From: Candidatus Thorarchaeota archaeon
Lineage (GTDB): Archaea; Asgardarchaeota; Thorarchaeia; Thorarchaeales; Thorarchaeaceae
Direction: 5' to 3'
Assembly (NCBI GenBank): GCA_029858305.1
Contig: JAOUFI010000004.1
Coordinates: 1 to 64,000, forward strand
DNA: 64,000 bases
Positions 39,039 to 51,600 of this stretch are shown piece after piece. Each line of letters begins with the position of its first letter. The first letter of the stretch is position 1. Made by a program: the position numbers and the translations under genes. The notes beneath the pieces are model-generated. The model did not search any database and was not told where the DNA came from. It saw only the letters and a list, made by a program, of their open reading frames with translations.

Positions 39039-40199
39039 ATGTCTCGGACCTACAAGATATCAATCCTTCCCGGAGATGGCATTGGTCGTGAAGTCGTGCC
39101 TCAGGCAGTTAACGTACTTCAAGCTGCAGAGGAACTTGTTGGAGGTTTCCAGATGGACCTTCACAAATATGAGTGTGGAGGAGAGTTCTATCGGAAGGAG
39201 AAGAGAGAATGGACAATCGAGGCGGAGGAGTTCACGAAAAAAGAGGCAGATGCTGTGCTCCTTGGTGCTATAGGTGCGGTCAATTCAGATGGGAGTAGTG
39301 TGAGACTTCCAGATGGGAATCTCGCAGGTTATAGTATAGTGATAGGACTAAGGATGGAACTTGATCTCTTTGCCAACGTCAGACCGGTCAAGCTCTATGA
39401 AGGAGTATGGACACCACTTAGCGGAAAAGGACCAGATGATATCGACATGACCATTATCCGAGAGAACACAGAAGGACTCTATTCACCAACTCGGGGAACT
39501 TTGAAGAGAGGGAAAGAATCTGAATTAGCAATCGATACCAGAGTTATAACAAGAAAGGGGTCAGAGCGGGTTATACGTTATGCTTTCCACCTTGCTGTCA
39601 ATAGTCACGGAGCTCCAAGTGACAGACAAAAGAGAGTGACCTGTGTCGATAAGAGCAATTTACTCGCTGGTTGTCAACTCTTTAGAAGTGTATTCGACGA
39701 GATTGCCCAAGAGTATCCAAGCGTTGAGAAGGACTATGCATATGTGGATGCGTGGACTCAGTGGTGTCTCAGAAAGCCTGAGTACTACAATGTTGTTGTT
39801 GCTCCCAATGAATTTGGAGACATAATCACAGACCTTGGAGCAGCAGTCCAAGGTGGTCTTGGTGTAGCCCCTGCAGGGAATATTGGAGTCAAGCATGGTG
39901 TCTTCGAACCAGTTCATGGCTCAGCACCAAAATACTATGGATCTAATAGTGCAAATCCGATTGCCGCCATTCTGGCATTGAGTATGATGCTAGACTGGCT
40001 AGGAACAGAGCATCGCGATAAGAAAGTTAAAAGTGCTGGAGAATTAATCAAAGCATCAGTCGCAGAGCTACTCAGAGAAGGCAAGGTACGAACGCTAGAC
40101 TTGTGTGTGGGGCCATGGAGCTCTGTAAGTCCCAGCTCCACAGAAAATGTGACTTCTGAAATAATTAAATTACTCAAAAGAATTCAGACGAAACGGTGA
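39039..40199 (+). CDS. Isocitrate/isopropylmalate dehydrogenase family (LeuB/AksF-like)
   Basis: [37 protein letters not shown]. Confidence 0.92.
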   Translation: MSRTYKISILPGDGIGREVVPQAVNVLQAAEELVGGFQMDLHKYECGGEFYRKEKREWTIEAEEFTKKEADAVLLGAIGAVNSDGSSVRLPDGNLAGYSIVIGLRMELDLFANVRPVKLYEGVWTPLSGKGPDDIDMTIIRENTEGLYSPTRGTLKRGKESELAIDTRVITRKGSERVIRYAFHLAVNSHGAPSDRQKRVTCVDKSNLLAGCQLFRSVFDEIAQEYPSVEKDYAYVDAWTQWCLRKPEYYNVVVAPNEFGDIITDLGAAVQGGLGVAPAGNIGVKHGVFEPVHGSAPKYYGSNSANPIAAILALSMMLDWLGTEHRDKKVKSAGELIKASVAELLREGKVRTLDLCVGPWSSVSPSSTENVTSEIIKLLKRIQTKR

Positions 40200-40205
40200 G
40201 TTACA

Positions 40206-41471
40206 ATGGGCAAAACTCTAGCAGAAAAACTACTGGCAAATCATACTGATGATGGAAAAGCCACTGCAGGAGACATAGTTGAAGCACACATCGACCTATT
40301 GATGGTACATGAGGTCCTTGGCTCGAGAATTATCCCCATTCTTAAAGAGATGGACTTCAAACATGTGTGGGATCCAAAGAGAATCATTGTGGTGAATGAT
40401 CATTGGGCACCAGCATCCGATATTAATAGCGCAGAGATTCATCGCCGTAATCGCAATTTCGTCCGTGAACAAGGCATCATGAATTTCTGTGATGTCGACT
40501 GTGGAATATCCCATCAAATACTTCCTGAGAGTGGCCTTGTAGCGCCTGGAGACCTTATCATAGGAAGTGATTCTCATTCTACAACATATGGTGCGTTTAA
40601 CGCATTCTCTACGGGTCTAGCAGCCACTGACTCCGCGCTCATACTAGCAACTGGTATGTCTTGGTTCATGGTTCCCGAAACAATCCGTATAGAAGTGGAT
40701 GGAAAATTATCGAAGATGGTCATGAGCAAGGATCTCATTTTGCTGATTCTCAAGGATCTCGGACCTGATGGAGCCAACTACAAATCAATCGAATTCTTTG
40801 GAACTACCATTGACAATATGGATGTAGGACCACGAATGACAATGTGTAACATGACCGTTGAAGCAGGGGCAAAGTGCTCACCTATGATGGTGAACGGCTA
40901 TGTAGAATCATGGATGAAAAATGTGGCACCGACACGTAAATGGACATCAACTAAACCAGATGATGATGCAGAGTATATACAGAATCTAACCTACGATTTA
41001 AATAAAGACCCTCTTTGTCCGATGGTTGCAACACCCGATAATCCTACGAACGGACAGTCAGTTATCGAGGTGAGTGGTGTACCAATAGATCAAGCATTCA
41101 TCGGTTCCTGTACAAATGGGAGAATAGATGATCTTGAGATTGCAGCAAAGATACTGAAGGGCAAGAAGATTCGAAAAGGAGTACGTCTTATTATCACACC
41201 TGCAAGTAGAGAAACATACGTGCATGCTCTACATGAGGGGCTTGTGGAAATCTTCATGGACGCTGGAGCAATAGTCACAAACTCAACCTGCGGGGCTTGT
41301 GTTGGCGGCCATCTTGGAGTCCTAGGAGCAGGGGAGGTGTGCATCTCTACAACAAATAGGAACTTTCGAGGAAGAATGGGACATAAAGATTCGTCAATCT
41401 ATCTGGCATCTCCAGCTACTGTAGCGGCAAGTGCTCTAGAAGGAGCTATAACTGATCCCAGGAGGGTATGA
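40206..41471 (+). CDS. leuC: 3-isopropylmalate/homoaconitate hydratase large subunit
   Basis: DSHSTTYGA, GSCTNGR, CGACVG, NRNFRGR. Substrate (LeuC versus HacA) is not resolved. Confidence 0.8.
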   Translation: MGKTLAEKLLANHTDDGKATAGDIVEAHIDLLMVHEVLGSRIIPILKEMDFKHVWDPKRIIVVNDHWAPASDINSAEIHRRNRNFVREQGIMNFCDVDCGISHQILPESGLVAPGDLIIGSDSHSTTYGAFNAFSTGLAATDSALILATGMSWFMVPETIRIEVDGKLSKMVMSKDLILLILKDLGPDGANYKSIEFFGTTIDNMDVGPRMTMCNMTVEAGAKCSPMMVNGYVESWMKNVAPTRKWTSTKPDDDAEYIQNLTYDLNKDPLCPMVATPDNPTNGQSVIEVSGVPIDQAFIGSCTNGRIDDLEIAAKILKGKKIRKGVRLIITPASRETYVHALHEGLVEIFMDAGAIVTNSTCGACVGGHLGVLGAGEVCISTTNRNFRGRMGHKDSSIYLASPATVAASALEGAITDPRRV

Positions 41472-41986
41472 TTGTGACAAGAAATCTCACTAATATCACA
41501 GGAAGAGCTTGGGTCTTTGGTAATGACATAAACACGGATCAAATCATCCAAGGTCAATACCTCACAATCCTTGATTATGCTGAAATGGCTAAACATACAT
41601 TCGAAATCCCTCGTCCACTCTTTGCCTCAAAGGTCAAGAAGAATGATATTGTAATCGCAGGTCGTAACTTTGGAGGAGGATCGTCACGGGAAGAAGCTCC
41701 TAAGGTTCTTCTTGAGTCAGGAATCGGATGTGTAATTGCAGAATCCTTTGCAAGAATTTTCTACAGGAACGGGTTTAATGTTGGTCTTCCTCTTCTCATC
41801 GCTCCTAATGCAGCCAAGCTAGTAAAGGATGGAGAAACTGTTACAGTAAATCTAGTTGAAGGTACACTCACTCTACGAAGTAATAAAGACATTATCCACG
41901 GCAAGCCAGTAACTGAAAGAATCCTGAACCTCCTGAGCGCAGGAGGCGCAGTCCAGTGGTATAGAAAAACGCTTGGAAAACGCTAA
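41468..41986 (+). CDS. leuD: 3-isopropylmalate/homoaconitate hydratase small subunit
   Basis: INTDQII, GRNFGGGSSRE, SFARIFYRN. Confidence 0.8.
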   Translation: MIVTRNLTNITGRAWVFGNDINTDQIIQGQYLTILDYAEMAKHTFEIPRPLFASKVKKNDIVIAGRNFGGGSSREEAPKVLLESGIGCVIAESFARIFYRNGFNVGLPLLIAPNAAKLVKDGETVTVNLVEGTLTLRSNKDIIHGKPVTERILNLLSAGGAVQWYRKTLGKR

Positions 41987-42037
41987 AAGGCATCAATAAG
42001 CTGTTGCATACGACGTCATCATCTATGAGGTTATCTG

Positions 42038-43822
42038 ATGAATGCATTAGTATTCTTATTAATTTCAATTATTGCACATGCAATCCCAATACCGTTTGCA
42101 CGGCAATATATGATACCAAGCAGACTAATCAAATGGTTGCCCTTGCGTCTTGTGTGGGGAACTGTCGCTTGGGTAATCATATGTCTTCTATTCGGAGCAG
42201 CGCTACCTTGGGCAATTCTTGGACTTGTAATGAGCCTAGGAGCACTCATGATGATCACAAGCGGATTCCGCCCGGGTGGTCATATTGAGAATATGTTAGA
42301 GGGCATCAAAGTACCCTTTGCCTGTATTGGTTTAATCATACTCATAACAGTACCAGCATTTGGGAGTGTTATTAGCTGGACATCGGGGGTTGCAAACGCC
42401 GAATATTTTGATGCCATGATTTCAGAAACTGACGAGCCACTTTTCACAAGTCCAATCCCTGATAGAATGGTTCGTCTTGTCACAGAAGAATATGCAAAAT
42501 ATGTAGCAAGCCAACACCTATCACCTTTTGGATCAAACAACTTAGTTGCTGCAGCACATATCACTCTTAGAAACGGAACTTTGGTCTGGGTGTGTACGAT
42601 AGTATCGACAAATGTACTTGCTGAGAACTATATCAAGGGATTCATCGTTGTGGATGCAAATGATCCCCAGACAGTTGAACCCCTTGCAATCACCTCTACG
42701 AGCATTCCTGTCGGGGAGGGTCTATTCTGGGACAAGAACATTCAGTTCGGGAACTATTTGAATGACATAACATCAATGTATGAATATGCATATCCAACAT
42801 GGGATCCCAGTGGAAATTTGGTCTACGTCCAGACACGGACACCACTTGGCTTTGATTTCGTAGAAGCCGCAATCGGACCAATTGTCTATGCAGAGAATGG
42901 TTCAGTGTTCGCGTATGATACCATTGCAGATACACCATCGTGGATCACACAAGCTTATGCAGAGGAATGGCTGGAGAGGCAAATAACACGATGGGGAAGT
43001 TTCCGAAGAGGTAGTGGATTTGACCTATTTGCTGGAGGATTATTGTGGGTTATTCCACCCTCAAACGACAGGCTCGAGATTACAGAGGATACAAGATATA
43101 TCTTGAATCCAGACACCGGTCGAATTGAGGCGTTCATAGCAGTCCATCCAGTGAACTCACCAAGTACTCTTGCAGGAGTATTCCGTGCAACACAGAACGA
43201 GGTGTACTATCATGACCTAAGTGGATTGGGATATGTTAGTGGTGAGGCTGCAGTCGCCAATGTTGTCGGGGACATAGGTCAACCAGCAAGCGGTTACTAC
43301 TATGGAGCTATGCCGCTTCTCTATCCAGTCACTATTAATTCCACACTCACAAAGTGGACATGGTACACGCCAATCTATTGGGCTGATACCTACTACGACG
43401 AAGATCTTGGAGAGTATATCTCATCCAATATGAGGCTTCATGCACTTGGCTTAGTCGATGCCTCAAATATCGATCGATTCGTTTGGTTGCCCTTGGGAGG
43501 AACTACATCTGGTGAGGACCTAGTATACGATGTCAGAAGTGATTATCTAGGCTTGTTTGGGGGTGTCATTGAGGAGGAGCCATCCGATAGCTTCAGCATC
43601 ACAGCTAATGTTACAGCAAAGACCACATTTGTCCAGAATGGTCAGCAGCACGTTCTACTACAGACGAACAATGCCACCTATGAATTCCTAGAAGGTGCTC
43701 AAGCTTGGATGAACACAACAGATTGGTATACACTCCTATTTATCGACGTAGACGATAATTTCACCGCAACGATTCTACAAGTAGGAGATGTCTATCGAAT
43801 AATCGCTATCGTCAAAAACTAG
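42038..43822 (+). CDS. Membrane-anchored hypothetical protein with large extracellular beta-rich region
   Basis: About four N-terminal TM segments followed by ~480 aa soluble region with several N-x-S/T sequons. Confidence 0.75.
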   Translation: MNALVFLLISIIAHAIPIPFARQYMIPSRLIKWLPLRLVWGTVAWVIICLLFGAALPWAILGLVMSLGALMMITSGFRPGGHIENMLEGIKVPFACIGLIILITVPAFGSVISWTSGVANAEYFDAMISETDEPLFTSPIPDRMVRLVTEEYAKYVASQHLSPFGSNNLVAAAHITLRNGTLVWVCTIVSTNVLAENYIKGFIVVDANDPQTVEPLAITSTSIPVGEGLFWDKNIQFGNYLNDITSMYEYAYPTWDPSGNLVYVQTRTPLGFDFVEAAIGPIVYAENGSVFAYDTIADTPSWITQAYAEEWLERQITRWGSFRRGSGFDLFAGGLLWVIPPSNDRLEITEDTRYILNPDTGRIEAFIAVHPVNSPSTLAGVFRATQNEVYYHDLSGLGYVSGEAAVANVVGDIGQPASGYYYGAMPLLYPVTINSTLTKWTWYTPIYWADTYYDEDLGEYISSNMRLHALGLVDASNIDRFVWLPLGGTTSGEDLVYDVRSDYLGLFGGVIEEEPSDSFSITANVTAKTTFVQNGQQHVLLQTNNATYEFLEGAQAWMNTTDWYTLLFIDVDDNFTATILQVGDVYRIIAIVKN

Positions 43823-43824
43823 TG

Positions 43825-43859
43825 GAAGGAGAGATTTCTCTCCTTCATTCTCCTTTTTT
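43825..43859 (+). terminator. Hairpin plus T-tract terminator
   Basis: GAAGGAGAG-ATTT-CTCTCCTTC followed by TTTTTT, immediately after the stop at 43822. Confidence 0.65.
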
Positions 43860-44037
43860 ATTCATTTGTGCGAGTACCCATACTCATCCTGGTTTTCATT
43901 GAAGCATACTTCACCTTTGCCATGTCTCAAATCTATTCACGTCGAGTTCTGTATTGTATTGCATTGGTATAGATAGCGCATTTGTTTCCAAGTGGGCATT
44001 GATCTTCAAACTCGCCATGATCGTGCATACTTTCCAA

Positions 44038-45207
44038 TTATTTTGGAAAGAATTCCTTGTATACCTCGCGCTGGATAAGGAACCGAAGGATTTCTGCGGT
44101 TCCGCCACCGATGGTCATTAGGCGTGCATCCCTCAAGAAACGTTCAACTGGATAATCGGTTGTATAACCCATGCCACCTAGTATCTGAAGAGCATCATTT
44201 GTAATCTGAATAGCTGCTTCAGTTGTGTATAGTTTCGCAATGGATGCGGCTTTTGTAATCTTCTCGCCACGATCATACATTCTTGCAGCTGTTAGGGTGA
44301 GTGCACGACCGGCTTCGAGTTTCATAGCCATATCAGCAATCTTGAAGCTCACACCCTCAAACGCACTGATAGGTCTTCCAAATTGATGACGCTCGGTAGA
44401 ATACCTCACAGCAATCTCATATGGTGTTCTACCATATCCTATTGCCTCGCCTGCTATTGCAGTCCGCTCGGAATCTAATTCATCCATTAGAATGTGAAAA
44501 CCCATACCAGGATTACCAAGGAGCATATCACCAGGAACTCTAACATCTTCGAGTTTCAACCAAGACACACGGGCTGATTTCATCCCAAGTAGATCGTGGT
44601 CTTGCACAACGCTAAAACCATCACTCTTTGTATCAATAATGAAGGCAGACATTCCATCCTTTGCTTTCAAATTAGGATCTGTGATAGCAAAAGCACACAT
44701 AAAATCAGCTTGGCTTCCATTCGTTATGAATCGCTTTTCACCATTAAGTATCCAGTCATCACCATCTTTCTCTGCACGGGTCTTCATCCCAGCAGTATCT
44801 GAACCGACATCTGGTTCTGTGATCCCAATACATCCAATCTTATCCCCTGCGACAACTGGCTCTAGATACTTCTTCTTTTGCTCAGGAGTTCCAAACCTTG
44901 CAACAGGCATTCCATAAAGTGTAGTGGACGCCATTCTAGCCATATCGAGACCGCCATTTGTCGCAGAAATCTCCTCAGCAACTATTATCTCGTAGGATAA
45001 GCCTCTGTTTGTTCCGCCCACGGTTTTGTCATGGTGAACGCCCATGTATCCAGATTTGCCAATTTTCCTCAACAATTCCCGAGGGTACGGACCTTTGTCA
45101 ATCTCATCTGCAATTGGAGCAATTTCCTTATCGCAGAAAGCACGAACTTCTCTACGAAAATTAATCTCATCCTCAGTCCAAAGTGCATTTGATAGATACT
45201 CAGCCAT
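44038..45207 (-). CDS. Acyl-CoA dehydrogenase
   Basis: ITEPDVGSD, LNGEKRFITNG, RHQFGRPI, QILGGMGY, IGGGT. Confidence 0.95.
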   Translation of the reverse strand: MAEYLSNALWTEDEINFRREVRAFCDKEIAPIADEIDKGPYPRELLRKIGKSGYMGVHHDKTVGGTNRGLSYEIIVAEEISATNGGLDMARMASTTLYGMPVARFGTPEQKKKYLEPVVAGDKIGCIGITEPDVGSDTAGMKTRAEKDGDDWILNGEKRFITNGSQADFMCAFAITDPNLKAKDGMSAFIIDTKSDGFSVVQDHDLLGMKSARVSWLKLEDVRVPGDMLLGNPGMGFHILMDELDSERTAIAGEAIGYGRTPYEIAVRYSTERHQFGRPISAFEGVSFKIADMAMKLEAGRALTLTAARMYDRGEKITKAASIAKLYTTEAAIQITNDALQILGGMGYTTDYPVERFLRDARLMTIGGGTAEILRFLIQREVYKEFFPK

Positions 45208-45278
45208 TATTGAAACCCGCCTGTTTCGTGGAGCACTTGCTTAAATTAGTAACTGACTTTTGAAAAGGGTATATAAAA

Positions 45279-45602
45279 TCAGGGAAGTAAGCGGAAACGA
45301 AACCGCTCCTCTCCATCCAAGGTAATCTCAACTAGAGCTCCTATCTGAGGTTCAAGCCGCTCCTCATTATAACCAAGACACAACACCACAGCGCCTTGAT
45401 CTAGTTCTACTAATGCCATCTTCAGAGGTGTATCAAATCCATCAGGAGGCAATTGTAGGGTTGTGTGACTGAGGATTGATCCTTTATTATCAATCTCAGA
45501 TGTTGACATTCTTCCAGCTATTTTGCCACAATATGGGCATACCTCACGTGGAGGCACAATTGTTCGTTTACATTGACCACAGTGAGATGCTTGAATCTTC
45601 AT
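45279..45602 (-). CDS. DUF35-type Zn-ribbon/OB-fold protein
   Basis: CGQC..PPREVCPYC, GSILSHT, ALVELDQG. Confidence 0.88.
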   Translation of the reverse strand: MKIQASHCGQCKRTIVPPREVCPYCGKIAGRMSTSEIDNKGSILSHTTLQLPPDGFDTPLKMALVELDQGAVVLCLGYNEERLEPQIGALVEITLDGEERFRFRLLP

Positions 45603-45677
45603 CCTCCACATCGAAATATCTGAAGCCAGACTCTTTGAAAAGACTTCCGCCTTTAAAAGTGGGAATCTTCTCGCAAG

Positions 45678-48600
45678 TTATTTTTCTGGCTCTAAGAATG
45701 ACTCCAACAGACTGATTATTTCTTTCTTAGAGAGTCTTCTCAATTCTCTTGGACTAGCTGTGCTTTTGATGTCATCAGGAAGCAGCTCCAACAGCACTTT
45801 CTTATCAAGCTTCGAGAGATCCTCTAGTCTTAAAGCGACATCAGGCATTTCTGCAGGGATTGAATCAGGTAGGACTTCAGGTAATGGCTCTTCAGCGGGA
45901 GTATAGGATTCAAGAAGTGATCGAACCTCTTTCTTAGACATTCTTTTTACATCCTCTTCAGGAAGAGCATCTCGAATTTCTGGGGGTAATCTGTCAAGAA
46001 GTTCCTTCTTCGTCAATGATTTGTCTATCACAATCTCTGATTCAGGCAGGATTTCTGGCTCTGAAACAGGCTCAGGTATGACATCGATAGATTCAGCTTC
46101 AATAGATTCGATATATTCTTCATCTGAAGGAACTGCCTCATCGATTTGTGGTTCTTGGGCAGAAACGGAGGGTTGAAGATCCAGCTCAGTTGCAATATCT
46201 GTTTCTGCCTCAATCACTTCGATTTGACCTTCCTCTGTAGGTAGAACTTCTTCTTGCATTGATTCAGGTACATCAGGCTCCTCAGACAATGCGATGCTGT
46301 CTTCAGGGATACTAATGGACTTAGAATCTTCAATAGGCTCAAGCTCAGTTTCTTGAAGAGTAACTTCTGGTTCGTATACATCCATTTCAGAAGAAGCAAC
46401 AGGTGCGGCAGCCTCTGCTTCAGGTTCAACGACCTCGGCAGCTACAACATCCTCGACCAAAGCACCTTCTTCTGCGGTCTCAGCGAGCAATTCAGTTTCT
46501 AAAAGCTCCCTTGCATCAGGTCCAAGTCCATCACTGATAGGCGCGACATCAGTTTCTATGATCTCGGGTTCCGCAGGAGTTGTAATCGTCGGTTCAGGTA
46601 TTCCAAAATCAGAAACCTCAATTTCTCCAACTCCAATGCTGACCCCTCCTCGTCTTCTTCGTGAGGCGATTAAAGCTACTCCAATAAGAACTATGCCAGC
46701 GCCACCACCAATTAACATCAGCGTCATTGTATCTAGAGTGAAACCTGGAACAGCAATCCATTCTACTTCTACACTCAAACTAGCTGGGTCAAAAGCCGAT
46801 ACACCATACAGGCTATCTGTGATGCTTCCGATTGTAAATGCGTAATTGCCAGCGAGAGTCTTCGTGATACTGATGGTCCAATAACCACCTACAGAATTGT
46901 AGGTCATGGAAACACTCTCACCTGTGAGAAACACTTCACCATTAGTGAATGGTGTGTCATCAAATTCGTAGGCGAGAGTTGCACGAATCTCAGTAGCTAA
47001 ACCTGCATCTTGAGAGAGCGATGTTGCTGTAAGTGTGATTGCCTTGATTCTATCCCAGATGATTGTTATATCGCCAACTGATTGAACAAAGTTATTGATT
47101 TCTCCCAATGACGCAGAGATTATGCTGTATGTTGTACTTCCCACAGTGCTCTGCGTAACCGATGCAACAAATAATCCACCGGACGGGATACAGGAGATAT
47201 CACCTGTCATACTGACTGAGATGCCAGTAGGGATGATTATACCAGCGGTTTCAAGTCTAGCACCCCATTGAATATCTACGGATTCACCTACACCCACTCT
47301 GCCATCATCAGATGATACTGAGTAGAATTCAATTCTATCCCAATACACAGTGACCTCATTCGAATCCATATTATATTCACTAATACCGTGGTCTGTGGCA
47401 TTACAAAGCGTAAGATCGTCAAATGTAATAGCAATGTATGAACCAAGAGTGACATAGGTTTCCCAAATGCCAGATCCGACGTGAGTCAAAGAATAACCTG
47501 CTATGTTGAATTCACCCGCGACGACAGGCGAATCATCGTACTCAAAGTGAATCTCAACAGATATTCTAACATTATCGCCAGGATCATGATACAGCTCATC
47601 AGCGAGTACTGAAACAATCAGTACCCTGTCCCAGATGCAGTAAGTGATATCATTGGAGAGAATGGCTGTTATGTTGAATGCATCAAAAGTCGCTGAAAGA
47701 ACCGTGTACCATTGTATTTGAGGCGAAGTGTACACGAAATTGGTATTGTTTAAAGTAAGGACACCATCAAACGGAGTGTTGTCGAATGCATAGGTGGCAC
47801 TGACAACTATACCAGTGGCATTTGCACCTACATTGACATGTGCGTCAGTAGGATCAGTTATGATAATATTTAGAGCGTCCCAAATCACCTGTTGAACAGA
47901 GGTTGATTCAAACCACTCTGTCAGACCATAAGTCGATTCACTTGCAGATGCTACATCAAACCAAGCCACGGAAGGACTGGTTGAAGTTTCTTGCCATCTC
48001 CAATATAGACCTAAAGCATCCCAGACCAGAGTTCTGGAACCATTGAGGTCTAGTATCAATCCACTCTGGATTGTAAAATCATCATACTCATACCTGGCTC
48101 TCCACCAGACTTCACAGTAGGAGTTGATATCGATTCGACCATCGACAACACCAGCCTCATAGATCTCTATCCTATCAGTGATGAACGTAGCAATCAAGCT
48201 TGTCGTGTAGTATAGGTCAGTTCCTCCAGATCCACTTCCCTGAACAACAATCTTGAATGTGTAATTGTTTAATCCAATTGTTGCAGGAGAGCCAATGCTT
48301 GAAATACTGAAACTTCCAGCAGATAGGTCTCCACTCCATGTTTCAACACCATCTCGTATTATCCAAACATCTGTTTCGTTTGCTAGAGGACTGTGGCTTG
48401 ATCCATAGTATGTTACAGAACCAGATCCAATGAGATCTGCAGTATTGATGTTTCCACGGTCATCAGAGAGACTTGGTGAGGTGGAGTAATCAAGCCTGGT
48501 TTCAAAGTTCCAATTAGTTTCATAGTAGTTTGACGCAGAATCAATTCCATCACTGACGAATTGAAGTATGTCAGTGTCTATCAAGACATCATGATTCCAA

Positions 48601-51600
48601 CCAATTTTGATGTACCAAGTGATTGTCAGTGTATTACCTGCACCAGTCGCATAGGACATGACATCAGCAATTACTATTGAGCTACCAGATTCGAGCGAGA
48701 ATGTATCTGTGGCAGTAGTGTATCTAATAGTCCAATATGGGGTGATTTGGTCATCAGAATAGAGGGTTAATTCGACATAGCTTATGTCAGTGTATCCATC
48801 AAGATCACTCACTGAAGTTGTGATAATGTAGAAACGATACCGTGCGTAGAGATAGTTTGTGTCGTCGCCATTTGTCAACACAGGACTTGAATCGTTGACT
48901 GGAATCTCGTTTGGAGCTACAGACCATGTAACCTGTTGTGTGGTAGTGGTGAACGCAGTGATATCATATGTAGACTCACTTGACACCAGACTCGCATTGT
49001 AGAAATATGTCACGTCGGTATTTGTATCAACAAATTGTGAAACGTTTCCATCAACAAATGAGTGCCACCAAGTTCCATTCCGATCGATTACAAGCTGATA
49101 GGTTGTGCAAACTGCACTATTATACTCAAATGTAACTGATAGAGTGAAGTTTGCTTGATGACCATTTACCGATGATGCATCATCGACTCCAATGACAATG
49201 ACTAGTCTGTCCCAGATGACATTCTGCGACTGAGTATTCTGGTCCACAACAGTGAGCCCATGGATATTACCACTTCCTGCAACTAGGTTGTACGTGTTCA
49301 TAACGACTATGGATTCAGAGTCAGAGAATCTCCAGAGACCTGCACCTTGATGAGATGCGGAGATTCCGTTCACTGTAATTGTACCATCAGTAACGGGAGA
49401 GTCATCATAGTCGTAGTAGAGAATCACATCAATATCAACACTGTCACCAATATTGACATGATTATCACTCACAGAGTATGACTGGACTTGTATTCTATCC
49501 CAGATGACACTTACATTATTGCCTGAGAGATTTAATGAAGTAATACCAAAGTTGGATTCGGAGCTTGAGTTCACATAGTAGATCCAAGATCCTACTGAAG
49601 CTTGACTAACTATCAATTCAAATCGTCCATCGCTAAAGTCCCAGTTCATTGAAGATCCAGCTAGAGTCACTGTGTCTCCTGAGCCTAGGAACGAGCTGTC
49701 ATAAGCAAGCCATAATGTGACTCTTATCTCAACATAGGCTCCAACATCGACCCTTGTGGCATTAGCCAAAGTTGTTTGAACGACAATCTGATCCCAGATG
49801 ACATCCTGAGTCATAGCATTCTGGTTAACCTGGGTAAGTCCGTGAATGCCACCGGAATAGGCAACAGTATCGTAAGTGAACAATTGTACAGATGATTTTG
49901 TGTCAGTAAATCTCCAAGTCCCACTTCCTTGATGTGTAGCTGCAATTCCGTTTATTGTAACTGATCCGTTAATGACTGGGCTAGAATCGTACTCGTATAA
50001 GAGTTCTACATCAATTGTGGCAGCGTCATTGATATCTATTCGTGGATCCAAAGCCGCATATGATTGAACAGCAATCTGATCAGTTATGTATGTTGATTGT
50101 GTTGTGCTGCTGAGAAGATCAGTTCCTCCACTTCCAGCGGCCTCAATAACAGCTTTAATTGTCAAAGTGTCTTGACCGACTTCATCATCAGCGTAGACTG
50201 TCAGACTAAACTGTCCAGAGGTGAGTGAAAGGTCACTCCATGGGCCAATAGATGTTCCATACTCTGAACTTGACACCCAGACATCGGTTTCATTAGCAAG
50301 GGGATAGTTGTCGACAGAACCTAGGAAGATGAGTGTTCCTGAAACAGTAAAAGCTCCATCAAGAGGACCACGATTTTCTGTTCCTGAACCGTCGTCAATT
50401 GTTAGACCAGTAATCTCTAGACGGGTTTCAACATCCCAATCTGATTCATAGAAGTCCTCATCTCCGATTTTTCCATCATGGACATATTGTTTCATGTCCA
50501 CATCGGTCAGATCTAAATGATCCCAACCAATTTTGATGTACCAAGTAACATCCAAATCATTTCCAAAGCCAACTGCAAATGATGAGGTGCTTAGAGTGAT
50601 GTAAGTACCGCCCAACTCAACTGTGAATATGTCACCTGAAACAGTATATCTAACCGTCCAGACAGGAGTTGTTCTAGAGTTGTCATAGAGTGTCAATTCT
50701 ATGTAGTCGATATCGTTGTATCCATCTGCATCTGATACACTGCTAGTGATGATATAGTAATTATAACGAGCATACAAGTTGTCAGTATCATCAGGATTTG
50801 ATAAATTAGGTGCAGAATCGTTTACTGGAGCAGAGTTGGGCGCTGCAGACCATACAACCTGCTGACTGTTCGTTGAGAAAGAGAGCACACCATATGTGGA
50901 TTCTGATGTCACTACAAATACGGTGTAGGTGTAAGAGTCGTCAATGTTTGCATCAACAAATGATGATTTGTTTGTATCAGTAAATGAGTACCACCAGGTC
51001 CCATTCCTATGAATAGCAATCTGGTAGGATGTGCATACAGTATCATCGTAGTCAAAGAGGACTGCAAGAGTGAAGTTTGCTTGGACTCCATTAAGTGGAG
51101 TAGAATCATCAACACCAATCATGATAACGAGTTGGTCCCAAATCATGTAGGTTTCATCATTCGAACTTATCGTGGTTATTCCGAAACCATCTCCAGAAAC
51201 ACTGAGAACTGTATAACCCCACTTGACAGCTGTTCCATCTCCATCAAAGTCAGTGTTGTTTAAAGTGAATGTGCCATCAAACACCGATCCATCATAATCA
51301 TAGATGGCTGACACAATGATACCTGAAGCATTGGCATTGATGCTTTGTCTGTTGTCTGTGGGTCCAGTGATGGTTATAGTAATTGAGTCCCAGATCATGA
51401 AGGTCTCATCGTTCGAACTTATGGTCGTAATACCGTAGGAGTCTCCAGAAACACTGAGCACTGTGTAACCCCACTTGACAGCTGTTCCATCTCCATCAAA
51501 ATCAGTATTATTCAGAGTAAAGGTGCCATCAAATTCCGCTCCATCATAATCATAAACTGCGGATACAATTATTCCAGATGCATTAACGTTTAGATTTTGC

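Noticed and set aside
43862-44037. Short minus-strand ORFs downstream of the acyl-CoA dehydrogenase
   Set aside because: Multiple stops, no recognisable motif or RBS; the 65-aa ORF overlaps the dehydrogenase in another frame.
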